Below are positions 37,592 to 50,534 of a stretch of DNA of 64,000 nucleotides, one piece after another. Origin of the DNA: Octopus bimaculoides. Taxonomy: Eukaryota. The DNA lies in contig NC_068982.1 of NCBI RefSeq assembly GCF_001194135.2, forward strand, positions 37,469,357 through 37,533,356, written 5' to 3'. Under the pieces are notes generated by a model that worked only from the letters and a program-made list of their open reading frames with translations, did no database searches and was not told the DNA's origin. The position numbers were made by a program, and so were the translations under genes. The first letter of the stretch is position 1; every line of letters starts with the position of its first letter.

Positions 37592-38620
37592 GTATTCATT
37601 CACTCAAGATGTAATGAAGGTGCACTACAAAGGGTAAATTTTGACAAACTTGTCCAAATTTACCTTTAAAAAGTGAAAGAGAAGGGGTACTGAGTGTCTG
37701 ATCAGTTGTCAATGTGTTCTTTATTTTTCTGTGTATAAAGAGAGCAGTCATCATCATGTTCATCAATATCTGTTGAAAAGTCCTACAGCAAAAACAAAAA
37801 AAGCCATCAAAAGCAGTGGTTAAACTACTTCAAATTTATCTCAAATTTCTCAGATATATACTTGGTTGTGTATGTATATATCTATTACTTCAACGTGCGG
37901 CTGACAATACAGTTCGTCTAGCCTTTACATATAAATTCTATTTGTGTTTAATTTAAATAGCAATTTACTGTAAGTTCTTTTTGTGGGCAGAAGAATAATA
38001 GAGTACTTGCCCATCAAATGAGTGGTTAACAAACTGTGGAACATGTCAGGATAATCTCCTTTATTATTCCGAGTACTTGAAGAATAAAAAAATATATTCA
38101 CCACAGCAAAAAGCTTAAAAAATGTAGTTTGTCTACTTGAAATTTATCTTAGGTTTTCTAATCATACACTGCTTAAATATTTATATCTACACCAACCATG
38201 CTGGTATGAATTGGTGGTCAGCATGGTTTAAGTTAGTACATTTGAGGGTGCTGCTATTGTAGATGGGTTGGAAGACTATATCTCACTTGTTGGTTTCATT
38301 CTCAGCTTGGTTTCTATGACCAAATGCCCTTCCTTGTCCCAACTACTTTTCAGAATGTATTGAGTACTTTTTTCAAAGCATCAGTGCTTCAGAGGTAGCT
38401 ATGTCCATGACATGACTGAAGAAACCTCTTGACTCCATGGTTTCTTGCTCATGAACCTGTTTGTAGAGTGGGAAGCATTAAGGATAAGGTAAACAGATAT
38501 GGATAATAGTCATAAGAAGGGTAAGTGAGAAGGGTACTCAGTATTCTGAAGCAAGTATGTACAATCAGTGTATTGTGAGCAAGAGAATAGAGCAGTAACA
38601 GTGGCAAGATGATCCATGTG

Positions 38621-38621
<1 letters not shown>

Positions 38622-38654
<33 letters not shown>
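38622..38654. repeat. (AG)n microsatellite
   Basis: Seen directly. Confidence 0.95.
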
Positions 38655-38655
<1 letters not shown>

Positions 38656-39192
38656 AAGGATATGTGGGTGAAAAGAAACAAGAGTATGGTGGCAGGCAGA
38701 GTGAATAAGAAGAGGGAAAGATGAAGGTTAGAGTAAAGTCTACTGGACATAATAGGTCCAATGTTGTGTGGTCTCCTAAAGATGGGTTAACAAATGGTGA
38801 GTATGGGGGCCTATACAAATAGGCAGATAAGGATGATGGGAAAAATGAAAGTGTACTAGGTAGAAGAGGTTGGGTGATAAGGATGGTGGGAGGGGTCCCA
38901 TACATATGAATGGCTAGGGGTGTCAGAGAAATGAAATAATGTCACAGTACAGAAGAAACAGTGATAGTCAACTAGGCAGTAAATATACCTACACACCCAT
39001 GCAAACAGATACACATAAAATATGTTATACCTCTCAGTCTGTATCATTACCATTATCCTTGTGAATTTCAATTTGCCAAGCTTACATTGCTGAATAGGTC
39101 TTCTCCAACACTGCATATCACCAATCAACACTGTCCTTTGTCGTCTCTTGCATAAGGTTTCACACAATTTCCATCTACAAAATATCACTCAA

Positions 39193-39546
39193 TCGTGGCA
39201 CTCCGTTGGTTACGACGACAAGAGTTCCAGTTGATCCGATCAATGGAACAGTCTGCTCATGAAACTAACATGTAAGTGGCTGAGCACTCCACAGACACGT
39301 AGTTCTTGGGGAGATTCAACGTGACACAGTGTGTGACAAGGCTGGCCCTTTGAAATATAGGTACAACAGAAACAGGTTGAAAGAGTGAGAGAAAGTTGTG
39401 GTGAAAGAGTACAGCAGGATCTCCCCCCCCCCCCGCTGGAACCTCGTGGAGATTTAGGTGTTTTTACTCAATAAACACTCACAACACCTGGTCTGGGAAT
39501 CAAAACCGCGAGTCTGCTACCCTAACCACTGGGCCATTGTGCCTCC
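39193..39546 (-). mobile_element. tRNA-derived SINE, family C
   Basis: Reverse strand starts GGAGGCACAATGGCCCAGTGGTTAGGG...TTGATTCCCAGACC (A/B boxes), followed by a non-tRNA body. Confidence 0.7.
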
Positions 39547-40249
39547 ACATCACTCAATAGACATTCAGTAAACCAAGACTGAGGTAAAAGACACCAACCT
39601 AAAAGTGTTGAACTCAAAATGACATGATTAAAAAGCAAATTTCTTAACCTAAAGGTTATATATATGTATAATTTTATACATGAATAATTTTATATGTCTG
39701 TTTTTAAGTTTATTTGTGTGCATATGTATAAGTGTGCTCAAAACATTTTGCTGGAGTTCTAGACTAGTAACATCAAATTTCTTGTAAGTTAGTGACCATG
39801 GAGAGGATGTGAACCTTAAGTTGTAGTGGGCAGGACATCACACATTTCTATGACAATGAAATACTGTCACTTGTGTAGTTTCCTCACTTGCCAAAGCACA
39901 TGGAAAGTATAGTTTATATATGTGACTATACTTCTATTTTTGTTTGTGTGTGTGTGTACTATTATTCTCAACCTTTATTACAATCTTTTCATCCTCCTGT
40001 GTTCCACACAATTCTATTTTTACCCTATTTGAATTAGTCTTTCCGAAGCAAGTAGTAGTTACTGGTTAGACATTTTATGTCCTTTAATAACTATTTATTA
40101 GCTAACCCTAATTCTAAAATATGTCTATCTTTGATCTCTGTTAAACTCTGTTGCACTTCCATTATTACCTATACTGTTTCTCTCTCTAAGTCATGTACAC
40201 TTTCACCCAGGTATATATATATATGTGTGTGTGTGTGGATTTTTTATGC

Positions 40250-40780
40250 TTCTTTTATTTTTCAAAATTAAGATAAAGTTCTTTTTTAATCTAAAATATA
40301 CTCTCCTTCATTTTTTACAATGCTCTTCCATCTATCTGGTAGATTTGCAAGGCCCTTCTTCCAAAATTCACTTGTCTGTGACAAAAAATACTCCTCCAGT
40401 ACTGTTCTAACCTCGTTTACAGAGTTCATATTTTTTCCATCCAAATGATTTTGAAAACTGTGGAATAAATGATAATCAGATGGAGCAATGTCCAGCAAAT
40501 ATGGTTGGTGGGGGATTGTTTCCCATTCAAACTGCTCCATCCTTTGGAATGTCATCCTTGCTGTTTGTGGCCGAGCATTATCCTGATGGAAGAACACATT
40601 TCATCTTGAAACCAAAGATGGTCGTTTTTCTTCTAGCGCTGGTCGTTTTTCTTCTAGTAGTTTTGTTCACTCAGAATTGTTTGTAACTGTTGCATAATTA
40701 AAGGCCCTGATTACAGTAAGTCAGCTTCTGTAATAGAACAACCAGACTTGTGCTAAAACATTTTTGGGGTCATAGGCTTA
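40250..40780 (-). mobile_element. mariner (DD34D) transposase 3' relic
   Basis: ORF 40286-40597(-) FFHQDNARP...PYLLDIAPSDYHLF...EGEYILD; same family as 60828-62000. Confidence 0.92.
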
Positions 40781-42094
40781 ATAAAAAGTACACTAGCTCT
40801 GAGTGCATTTAGTGTAGTTGTTTTTGTTGCAAAGTCCAGATCTTCAGGTTTGTGGATGGCACCAATATCTTGAGGTACAACTTCCAACTGCATCTGCCAT
40901 TGTGTAGTACTACTTCATTACTGCATGTGTACATGTTGAAAAGGTTTTCCAGTGGGCTTGTCACTAGATACCATAGGAAACTGAAAATTTGAGTATCATA
41001 TTGGGAAGCTGCCCTATCACATGGCACATAGTCGTATATTTTCTGGAACCTGTGCTCAACTAGTTAAGTAGTTTGAGTGACTTTCCTCATTGACCACTAA
41101 ATCAGTTCTTCAATCTTGCCAGTTGAGAAACCTCTGCAAATGTCCTAGGCAATGCTAATTCTCCTATGATTAGCTTATAGAAAAGTAACTGCAATATTCC
41201 ATCAGAATATACACGCTCAACTGATTTTCACAAAATTAGCTTTTACAAACCACACAAAAAACTTGCAGAATGTCAGGTATGTCTTCCATCTGAAACATGA
41301 CTCTGTTGCATTCCTTTTAAAAAACATACAAAGTATCTTGTTTGTCTCTCATTTTTCAAGATGATTTATACTTCACCTCTTAGACGCTATATCTCTACAT
41401 CATTGATAACCCTTTGTACTTCTTTTGCTTTTAATCCACGTAGCCATATGTAAGGATGGATTTTAGGCATATACCTAGGACTTTACCATCTTTTAAAAAG
41501 TTAAGAAAGGCACTTAAATAAAACAGCCCTAAATACATATGTCTGGAAAAGATGTGATGGTCACAATGGAGTGCTTTTAATCACAGATCTGCTGGATCAG
41601 AATTGACCCAGATAAACAACAATGATTATATAATGAATGCAAATCATGTCCAGTCTGTTTAAGCTTATCTTTCACCTGTTAACATTTATAGTCCTTAATA
41701 ATGCATTAGTAACGAGAAACTTTCCAAAATCTGCTGTCTTGGCCACTTTAGGCATATCTTCAGGACTAAACTAAATAGGTTGCAAAGGAATTACAGCTCT
41801 CTCACACTGATCAAGGTTACTTCACTCATACAATTCTCAACAAAATCTCTATACATACATAATTGGCATACTAGCAACAATATAACATGGGAAAATTTCT
41901 CAGAGTTGTCTTCTGTATGAAAAAACAAAGCATAACTAGGGATTAACATAATGTAGTGAACCTAAAAAAAATGTTACATCAATTAAAATTAAAAATTACG
42001 CTGAAGAAAATCATTAGTGTGAATAATAATAATTATTGTCAAAGCAAGGAAGACAACTCTGGAGTCCAAATTTGTTGAAAATTGTTGTATCATC

Positions 42095-42440
42095 TTGTAC
42101 TTGTTTCAGTCTTTGGACTATGGCCATGCTGGGGGTACTCCCTTGAAGGGTTTAGTCAAGCAAATCGACCCCAGTACTTATTTTAAGCCTGTTACTTATT
42201 CTGTTGACCCCTTTTTGCCAAACAGTCAAGTTATAGAAACATAAATAAACCAACACCAGTTGTCAAGCAGTGGTGGGGAACAAACAAAAACACAAAAGCA
42301 CACACATGTGCAATAGGGTTCGTTCAGTTTCCATTTATGAAATCCACTCACAAGGTTTTGGTCGGTCTGGAGTTATTGTGGAAGACACTTCCATAAGGTG
42401 CCACACAGTGGGATTGAACCCAAGACCTGCTACACCTGCA
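42095..42440 (-). mobile_element. SINE family A
   Basis: Reverse complement of tail (TTTCAGTC.TTGGACT.TGGCCATGCTGG) through head (AAGGTGCCACACAGTGGGATTGAACC). Confidence 0.8.
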
Positions 42441-43050
42441 CCTATACTTTGATCTTTGGTATATACAGTGACAACTCTAGAAATGTTTTGATCTTAACAG
42501 GTTTCTTTAGCTGACCGTAATCTTACAGGCCTTAAAATGAATGTGAAAATATATAGAAACAAACACTAATACGTAGTTCCTGAGTATACTCTGCATCATG
42601 CTCAAACATTTGAACAGATCTCTCAGTTATAATGCAGTTACTAGTGCTTCATAGAAATCTGCAATTACTGTCCAATTTTAACACCAACTTACAAATACCT
42701 AGGCTAATGTTTAAAGCACTTCACTTGGTTAATCCTTTTCAAGCAGGTTATTGAGTGTAGTTTGTTGTTCAACAGACCTTTAATCAAAGACATTGCAACT
42801 AATGCATTTTCAGACAGTAGAATATACTCTGACAGGAATCTACCTACTATACCTAGCAGGCTAAATTACTGTGTAGCTGTTCAGTTAGCTTATTGGTTGA
42901 ACAACTAGGTGCAATATAAAGACCTATTGCTCTAGATATCCTCACCTCTGCCTAAAAGATGACCACAGAGTGATCTCAGACATATGTGATTGTTGATGTT
43001 GTTTCACCTCAGGTCAGCCTTGATCATACATACTCATGTATGACTGGAAG

Positions 43051-43345
43051 TATTGCAGCCATGATTCATCATCATTATTTAACACCTGGCATGGATTGGA
43101 TGGTTTGACAGGATCTGACTAGCCTAAGAGCTGTATTGGTCTCCAATGTCATTTGCAGTCATGATTCATGGTCTCCAATGTCATATTGCAGCCATGATTC
43201 ATCATTATTTAACATGCTGGCATGGGTTGGATGGTTTGACAGGATCTGACTAGCCTGAGAGCTGCATTGGTCTCCAATGTCATCTTTGACAAGGTTTTTG
43301 TGACTGGATGCCCTTCCTAATACCAACCACTTTACAGAGTGCAAT
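43051..43345 (-). repeat. Tandemly duplicated RTE-type tail fragment
   Basis: Two copies of about 100 bp (43051-43151, 43184-43282) around a 32-bp unit made only of the copy's two ends. Confidence 0.8.
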
Positions 43346-44475
43346 GCCTCATCTTTTGCATATCTAAGACTGCATTATCCAATGTATCTGGAAGCTACTT
43401 TTGTAGCAGGTTGAAACAACCAAATAGTCACCCTTTAGTTGTATAGGATGTTCTGTGGGAGTCTTGGTCCAGTCTGTTATTTGTATATCTTTTATTGTTG
43501 TTTAACCCTAGGTCTGCTTTGACCAGGTAGATGTATCGTTGAAGGCATTCCAACTATGACTATCCCACCTTTTTTCATACATAGTATAGCTAAGACTCTA
43601 TTATCCAAATGTGTCATGTTTGTTAAGCTGATAAAGTATTTGTTGGATATGTGGCTACTATTTCTAGCAGGTCAAGGAATTGTGTAGAGGTTTCCTATTA
43701 ATCCAGTGTTTCTTGTTTCATGTTAGAGCCAGCATTTTAAAAGTTTCTTTTCTCATATAGAATTGAATTGTTTGTTAATGTGTGAATATAAAGAAATAAG
43801 TCAAATCCTTTGCTTCTATTGATAAGTTATATAGTGCCTGAAAGGACTCTTTCATTGCAGAAGCCATCATGTATTCCTTGAATAAGATTTGTGAATTATT
43901 GTGGTTGAGTGAAGTTATCTGAATTCTTTTTGCAAGTTTCAAAGAGGAATATGTGAGTTGGTGATATCAAACATAAGTCCTTTTCAGGGATTTTGAAGGC
44001 ATGTATGAGAGAGTGTTGAGTTCTTGTAATGCTGTTTTTTGGGGGGGGGTTTTGGTTGAATTTTTAATATAAATTTGCCCAGTTAACACATTCTTTGAAT
44101 TTAGTATTGTTAGTAAGAGAACTTGATGCTTTGTTTGCTTGAACCCCACTCTATCAAGCAGACTTCTTATCAAAGGTGTTCTAGACAAGATTATCCCATC
44201 ATGTCTGTAGATATAATGTATCTAGAACTACTTTATCCAATGTATCCATTTTGTTTATGATGGTATACTATTTTATGAGGGAGATATAGCAAGATGCATG
44301 ACCTTACAGAAGCTTTTCTGTTCATTCATGATATAAGTTGAGTGCAGTGTGTTCTTCAAGCTCTTGGTATCTCTGGTGTATGCATGGGATTTTGTTGGGT
44401 CCTGAGGTTTTTGAGTTTATTGTGTATTTTCTATTTCTGTCTTTGTATAACTTTTAGTTATTACTATTATTATTA

Positions 44476-44835
44476 AGGCAGCAAGCTGGTAGAATCGTTA
44501 GCGCACTGGACGAAATGCTTAGCAGTATTTTGCCCGTCACTACGTTCTGAATTCAAATTCTGCCAAGATCGACTTTACCTTTCATCCTTTCGAGGTCGAT
44601 AGAATAAGTACCAGTTGAACACTGGGGTCAATGTAATCAGCTCATCCCCTTCCCCCAAATTGCTGCTCTCGGGAGCAAAATTTGAAACCATTATTGGCGT
44701 AAGGAAGGGCATCTAGCTGTAGAAACTTTGCCAGATCAGATTGAACCTGGTGCAGCCTTCTGGCTCACCAGTCCTCAGTCAAACCATCCAACCCATGCTA
44801 GCATAGAAAGCGGACGTTAAATGATGATGATGGTA
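44476..44835 (+). mobile_element. SINE family B (44476-44690) followed by an RTE 3' tail (about 44696-44835)
   Basis: AAGGCAGCAAGCTGGTAGAATCGTTAGC head; then GGCGTAAGGAAGGGCATC...GGACGTTAAATGATGATGAT. Confidence 0.8.
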
Positions 44836-45715
44836 ATGATTATTTTTGTTTTTTTTTCTAAAGTGTTTGATAAGCAAGCTTGCTTGTTGGGGGTATGCAT
44901 ACGTAACTTAAAGCTGTTATGATGTGATATTGTGTAACTTACAGATTTTGCTAATTTGTGTCCTGTTTTACTGCTTGTTTTGTGATTTATCATAGATACA
45001 TATTTTTAACAGCTTTCTTTTCTCTGGTTCATTTTCTATTTAGTTTCTCAATGAAATTTAATTCTGTTATGTATGGTATTAGTGTTTTGTTTAAGGTGGT
45101 TGTTCCTGGTTTTTTATCAGGCTGACTATGTCACTTGGGTAATTTGGATTTTATATTTTTATGCATCTTTGTGGGATGAATGTATGGAATGAATTATCTA
45201 TGTTTATGTATCATTGTGTCTTGCAATGTGATTGCCATTCTATTTTAAGGAATTTTCTGTCAGGTATGGGCAACCTATTTTGAGAAGCAGACTGCATGAG
45301 ATGTTCATCATCAGGTGGGTCACACTACTAAAAAGACTGAAGGCAATTTTTCATTTAGGTGTGCCATTCAGAAAGTCCTGTAGGCTGCAGTTTACCCATG
45401 ACTACTCTATGATTACTTGACCTGGTAACAGCCTAATTTCTTCCAAACTACATCCTATTGTCTTTAAAAGTGGGTTACCCTGGATAATACAATCATGGAT
45501 TGTATTATCTACTGGAAAAAGAGATGGGTTGGTTTCAGCTGAAATACCTTCAGAATGATGGTCATGAAAGTAAAACTTAGTTGTGCCCTTAAAAGTCTAT
45601 GTATGTTCTAAAACTGTTATTTGGAATGGGTGTAATCTTTTTAGTTGTTACAATAACTAAATTAGGATGCGGCTAGTTTATTCTTTGCAAGCATTAGTTA
45701 CATTATCATCATTGT

Positions 45716-46150
45716 GCTGTGCGTGAGAAGACCCGGCAAGCCAAGTAAGATCGTTGCCAGTGCCCCGGGACTGGCTCTTGTGCGGGTGGCACATAAGATG
45801 CACCATTTTGAGCATGGCCATTGCCAGTACCGCCTGACTGGCTTCCGTAGGATTTTCGAGCGAGATCGTTGCCAGTGCCCCTGGACTGGCTTGTGCGGGT
45901 GGCACATAAAAGACACCATTTTGAGCGTGGCCATTGCCAGTATCGCCTGACTGGCCTTCGTGCAGGAGACACGTAAAAGCACCTACTACACTCTCTGAGT
46001 GGTTGGCGTTAGGAAGGGCATCCAGCTGTAGAAACTCTGCCAAATTTAGATTGGAGCCTGGTGTTGCCATCCGGTTTCACCAGTCCTCAGTCAAGTCGTC
46101 CAACCCATGCTAGCATGGAAAGCGCACGTTAAACGATGATGATGATCATC
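45716..46150 (+). mobile_element. RTE LINE 3' end (last codons, repeat-containing 3' UTR, tail)
   Basis: GCTGTGCGTGAGAAGACCCGGCAAGCCAAG matches 5490-5520; about four repeat units; (GAT)n tail. Confidence 0.9.
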
Positions 46151-48052
46151 ATCATCATCTCATTTAGGCAATTATACAGCTACTGGATAGTCTAGACAAA
46201 ACTAATTAAATGTCAGGTCCTGGCATTTGTATGCCTTAATTACTGGAATTAATAAATCTAGATTCAGGGTAATGTTAAGTGTCTGAAGTTGTTTTGTTGA
46301 GTTAAATAACTTTTTGTTTATTGAATTTGTGATAAGATTATTATAGACAGATTGCAATAAACTTTGTGTTGATTGAAATGCAGGGTCCATTCAGAAAGGT
46401 GAATAAATGTTGTTTTAACCCCAGATTAACCCTGAATGAGTAGATATCTATTCAAAGCTGTTCCATCTATGATCAACCTATTTTTATTCAGGCATAATGT
46501 ATCTAAATCTACATTGACCTGTGTCTTTCCTCTTTTTAAGATGTGAGAGATTTCACTGTCATTTCTTGTAGGCTCAGCAACAAATGGTAGTGAACAATTT
46601 TAAAGCTGATCTAAGTTATTGAGACAGGTTTGACAGTATGTTTATTAGATTATTCAATAATTTTCTTCTGTAGTTTACTTATATAACATTTGTTTATCGT
46701 ATTTTTTTTATTCACTTGCAAGATCTTTCATGTCCATGTATTTCTCATTTTCAAAATTGAAACAGTTGCATAAGATAATTATAAATGATACTTAAGTAAT
46801 CAGTTACTGTTACATAGCATTCGCAGAAATATGCAACCATGTTTTACTTCTGTTGACATAACATTTAAAAGTGAAATCAAAGCATTTTATTTCATACATC
46901 ATGAGCAGTATGGTCACTGCGAATCTATACATATTCTATCTATAAAAGTGAATGCAGTGTTTCTGTCTGGAATCCTAAGCTCTTACTTTATCTATTTCCC
47001 CCTATTTTTACTTGCTATTGGAGCAAGCTTTTGATTTATGGTAGCATTATGTTGTAAAATATTGTTGACAGAATTTTATATTAAATGTAAATTTCACTAT
47101 TCATGTATTATGTGCTTATATATGTGCATGCACACACACATCTATATTTACTGTTATGTCTCAAGCTACTGCTATCTAGCACCTTTGGATGATCTCTACT
47201 CAACCACTACACAACTGCTACTCGACTTCTACTCAACACTCCTACCATGGCCAGACTACCTCTATTTATATGTCTTGGGAGATCCTACTTCTTCGCCGGG
47301 GGGCATCGACACAACATTTACAGTTATACATATGTGTGTGTGTGTATATAAGTAAAAGAAAACATAGAAGTGATAGTTTCTTTATATAAAAGTCTTTGAA
47401 TTTTCTTAAAGAAATGAGATGAAATATTACTTAAATTCTTTTAGTATGTTTGTTTTGTCTAGCACTGGAGAGTCAGTTTCTGTTTTTATAACACACACAT
47501 ATGAGAGAGGAAGAGATTTCTGTGAATACATTTCATTAATGTTCTGTAACTTTAACATTTGTTTGAACATGGTATTGCTTTACACATTATATTATGTTTA
47601 TTTATTTCTCTGTGACCTATACACCAGAAAAAGGTATGAAAGATGTTGTTCTGCTCTGGGCTGATAAAGTTTGGTAGAATGTAGCAGAATAATGTATGAT
47701 ATAATTGTCTTTGGTGTGATGATTTTCAAATAAGTGGCTTAGCACTCATCTCATCTGAATTGTTTCTAAAGCTGGATAGATGAATAATGTTGCAATTGAG
47801 TTTTACTTCATGTTTTAAGCCTCTTCATTTTTATTTTGAGCATTTTGTGGTAGTTATTGTAAAAATGAGACCTGACTACAAAATAAGCTGGGTGAGGGTA
47901 ACAGTTACTACCCTTCAGCTATGTTTGGTGCAAATATTTGTGACTACTAAAATGTTGACAATTGAATTGCAATATTTTAGTTTATTTTTAATGTTTTTAT
48001 CAATTTATATCCAATATCCATCGTATTATATTTCATTTCTCTTTATATACAG

Positions 48053-48215
48053 TGAGCAGAATACGCCAACAACTTTTATGAAAACAGTTGAAAACCCTAC
48101 TCATTCATATGTTGTGCACAAACATCAAGGCCACATGCTCTCCAATATGGCCAATCTTTGGAAAAAAGGTAAACTCTGTGATGCTTCCATTGGAAATGGA
48201 ACAATGAAAATTATG
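48053..48215 (+). CDS. BTB/POZ module, exon A (own ATG at 48078; 25 nt upstream open in frame)
   Basis: Acceptor TTTCATTTCTCTTTATATACAG| and donor ATG|GTAAGT. HMLSNMANLWKKGKLCDASIG is the BTB N-terminal helix/CD motif and joins VHKVVL in the next exon. Confidence 0.88.
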
Positions 48216-48439
48216 GTAAGTATTAAATGTTAAATCATGATTATCTAACTCTGTATCTATTCATGCACACTTGTTTTTTTTTTTATTATTTAAGTATTTC
48301 CCTTTAGTATGTTAAGATCAGCTGCTAATCCAAATCATGAGTACAGACATTATAGCACATAACAATAAGTATTTTAAAGCCAAGTTTCCCTGCTAAATTA
48401 GGGATTAACTTTATGGTCCCACTGACAGTCTTCTTCATT

Positions 48440-49525
48440 ATTAATATGAGATAATAAATATGAGACAAATGACAGATCCTTTCAGGGTGAAGGCCCTGCT
48501 TGATATGTAGAAATGCTGTTGGAAGAAACTCCAAATGGTGTACTCAATACAAGTTATGGACGCATAAGAGGTGCAGTGATATCACTGGGAAATTAACAGA
48601 GAAAGTAGTCTTTACATGTGGCTGATGTGCAAGTACACTAAACACTAGGAATGTTAAAAAAAATAGACTCCTTCAAATGTCAGGAGGTGATCCTTAGAAG
48701 TAGTTGACAGTTTCCGTTACTTAGGTGAGGTTGTTCTGAAAATATAGCTGCTAGAATAAGAATGCGCTGGGTAAAGTTCAGAGATCTGCTACCTCTGTTA
48801 GTAATGAAGGGTCTCTCTCTCAGAGTAAAAGGCAGATTGTATGATGCCTGTGTATGAACATTTATGCTACGTGGCTGTGAGACATGAGCTGTGACTATTG
48901 AGGACATGTGAAGGCATGAAAGAAATGAAGCCAGATGGGTAATGTCAGTGTGCATATACGACTGAGTATAAGTGATTTGAGAGAAAAACTGGGTATACAA
49001 GGCATCACATGTAGTGTCCAAGAGAGAAGACTGCATTGGTATGGTCATGTAATGCTTATAAATGCAGGTAGATGCATCAAGAAATGCTGATCTCTTATTG
49101 TGAAGGGGTAGACCCAGGAAGACATGGGATAAAGTGGTGAAAAAGGATCTTCAAACCTTGTGCCTCACTGAGGGACGACAGGGAACTGAGACTTCTGGTG
49201 ATTTGCTGTGCTTGAGAAAACACATCAAGCTAAGTAAAATTGTGGTTGTCCTTGCATACAGGCATGACCTCTGCATCCCTTTTCAGCTGAGTGATCCTAA
49301 TCTTGCGGGCTCATGGGTGCTGGTGCCACATAAAAAGCACCTATGCCAGTACCATGTAAAAGCACCCAGTACACTCTGTGAAATGGTTGGCATTAGAAAG
49401 GGCATCCAGCTGTAGAAACCATACCACAACAGACATGGAGCTTGGGCAGCTCTTCAGCTGGCTAGCAACTGTTAAACCATCCAACCCATTGCCAGCAAAG
49501 AAAACAGATGTTAAAAGATGATGAT
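48440..49525 (+). mobile_element. RTE LINE, decayed, inside the BTB intron
   Basis: Remnants of SGRW...HKRCS, AWVKFRDLLPLL, RLHWYGHV and the tail. Confidence 0.8.
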
Positions 49526-50534
49526 AATATATCATATTGATACTTTGTAACATTGGAGTCCACAATGTGAAGTGGGTAAAAGAAAAATTAAATGTAATGA
49601 AAGCAATCAAAATTTAAAAATTGAAATTGATAATAATATTATTATTTTAAATCACTTGCATTTGCCAAACAAGCCAGTGAATTGTTTTCAGTGTAATCAA
49701 CAACGGATTTGTTTGAAATTATGAATAGTGTTTATGATATCTGAAATCCCATGGGCTCTTTGACTGGTTAAGAAAAAAAGAAAAAGAAAGGTAACTAAAA
49801 CTAAACCATGTAAACAAAGAGACAACTATGTATGTGTATATATTATCATTGTTTTAATGTCCACTTTTCCATGCTTTCATGGGTCAGACAGAGTTTATTG
49901 AGGTAGATTTTCTATGGCCAGATATCCTTCTTGCTGCCAACCCTTACCTGTTTCTAAGCTTGGTAATATTTCACCACAGCCAGACATGTTTCCACAGAAT
50001 ATTGAAAATAAAGGACATTCAATTACAGCAATCACGCAACGTCATGACATGAAGACACAAGTTTACACACATATGAAGACACAAGTTTACACACATATAC
50101 ATGTGTATGTAACATGCATGCACATACGTACATACATAAATACATAATTTTTATTATTTTTTGTGAGACAGATTCTCAACATACCTTGTATTAGAAGTAT
50201 ATAAAGTCCTATGTTTCTAGCCTATGTAAATTAAGAGCAAGTATCTGAAGACATGTAATATTGTGATTATTCATGATCATGCATTATTTATTGGAATACA
50301 AAGGATTATTCATCTCCTCTTTTCTTCCTTAATTCTAAAATAGTTTCCTAATTTCCTAAGTCAATAATGTGTTAATGTTTCCAATGAAAGAAATGTGTTA
50401 TGTCTCTGTACACAAAATATATTTTTAAATGATTTTTTTTGGAGGGGGGGGGGTTCAGTTAGGCTTTTAATGTGATTCTTTGAAATATTCTGCTTTTATT
50501 GTTTTTCTATAAATATGTGTTCTTTCTTTTCTAG

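Noticed and set aside
47787-48052. 5' part of the listed 148-aa ORF
   Set aside because: Read-through of intron sequence upstream of the 48053 acceptor.
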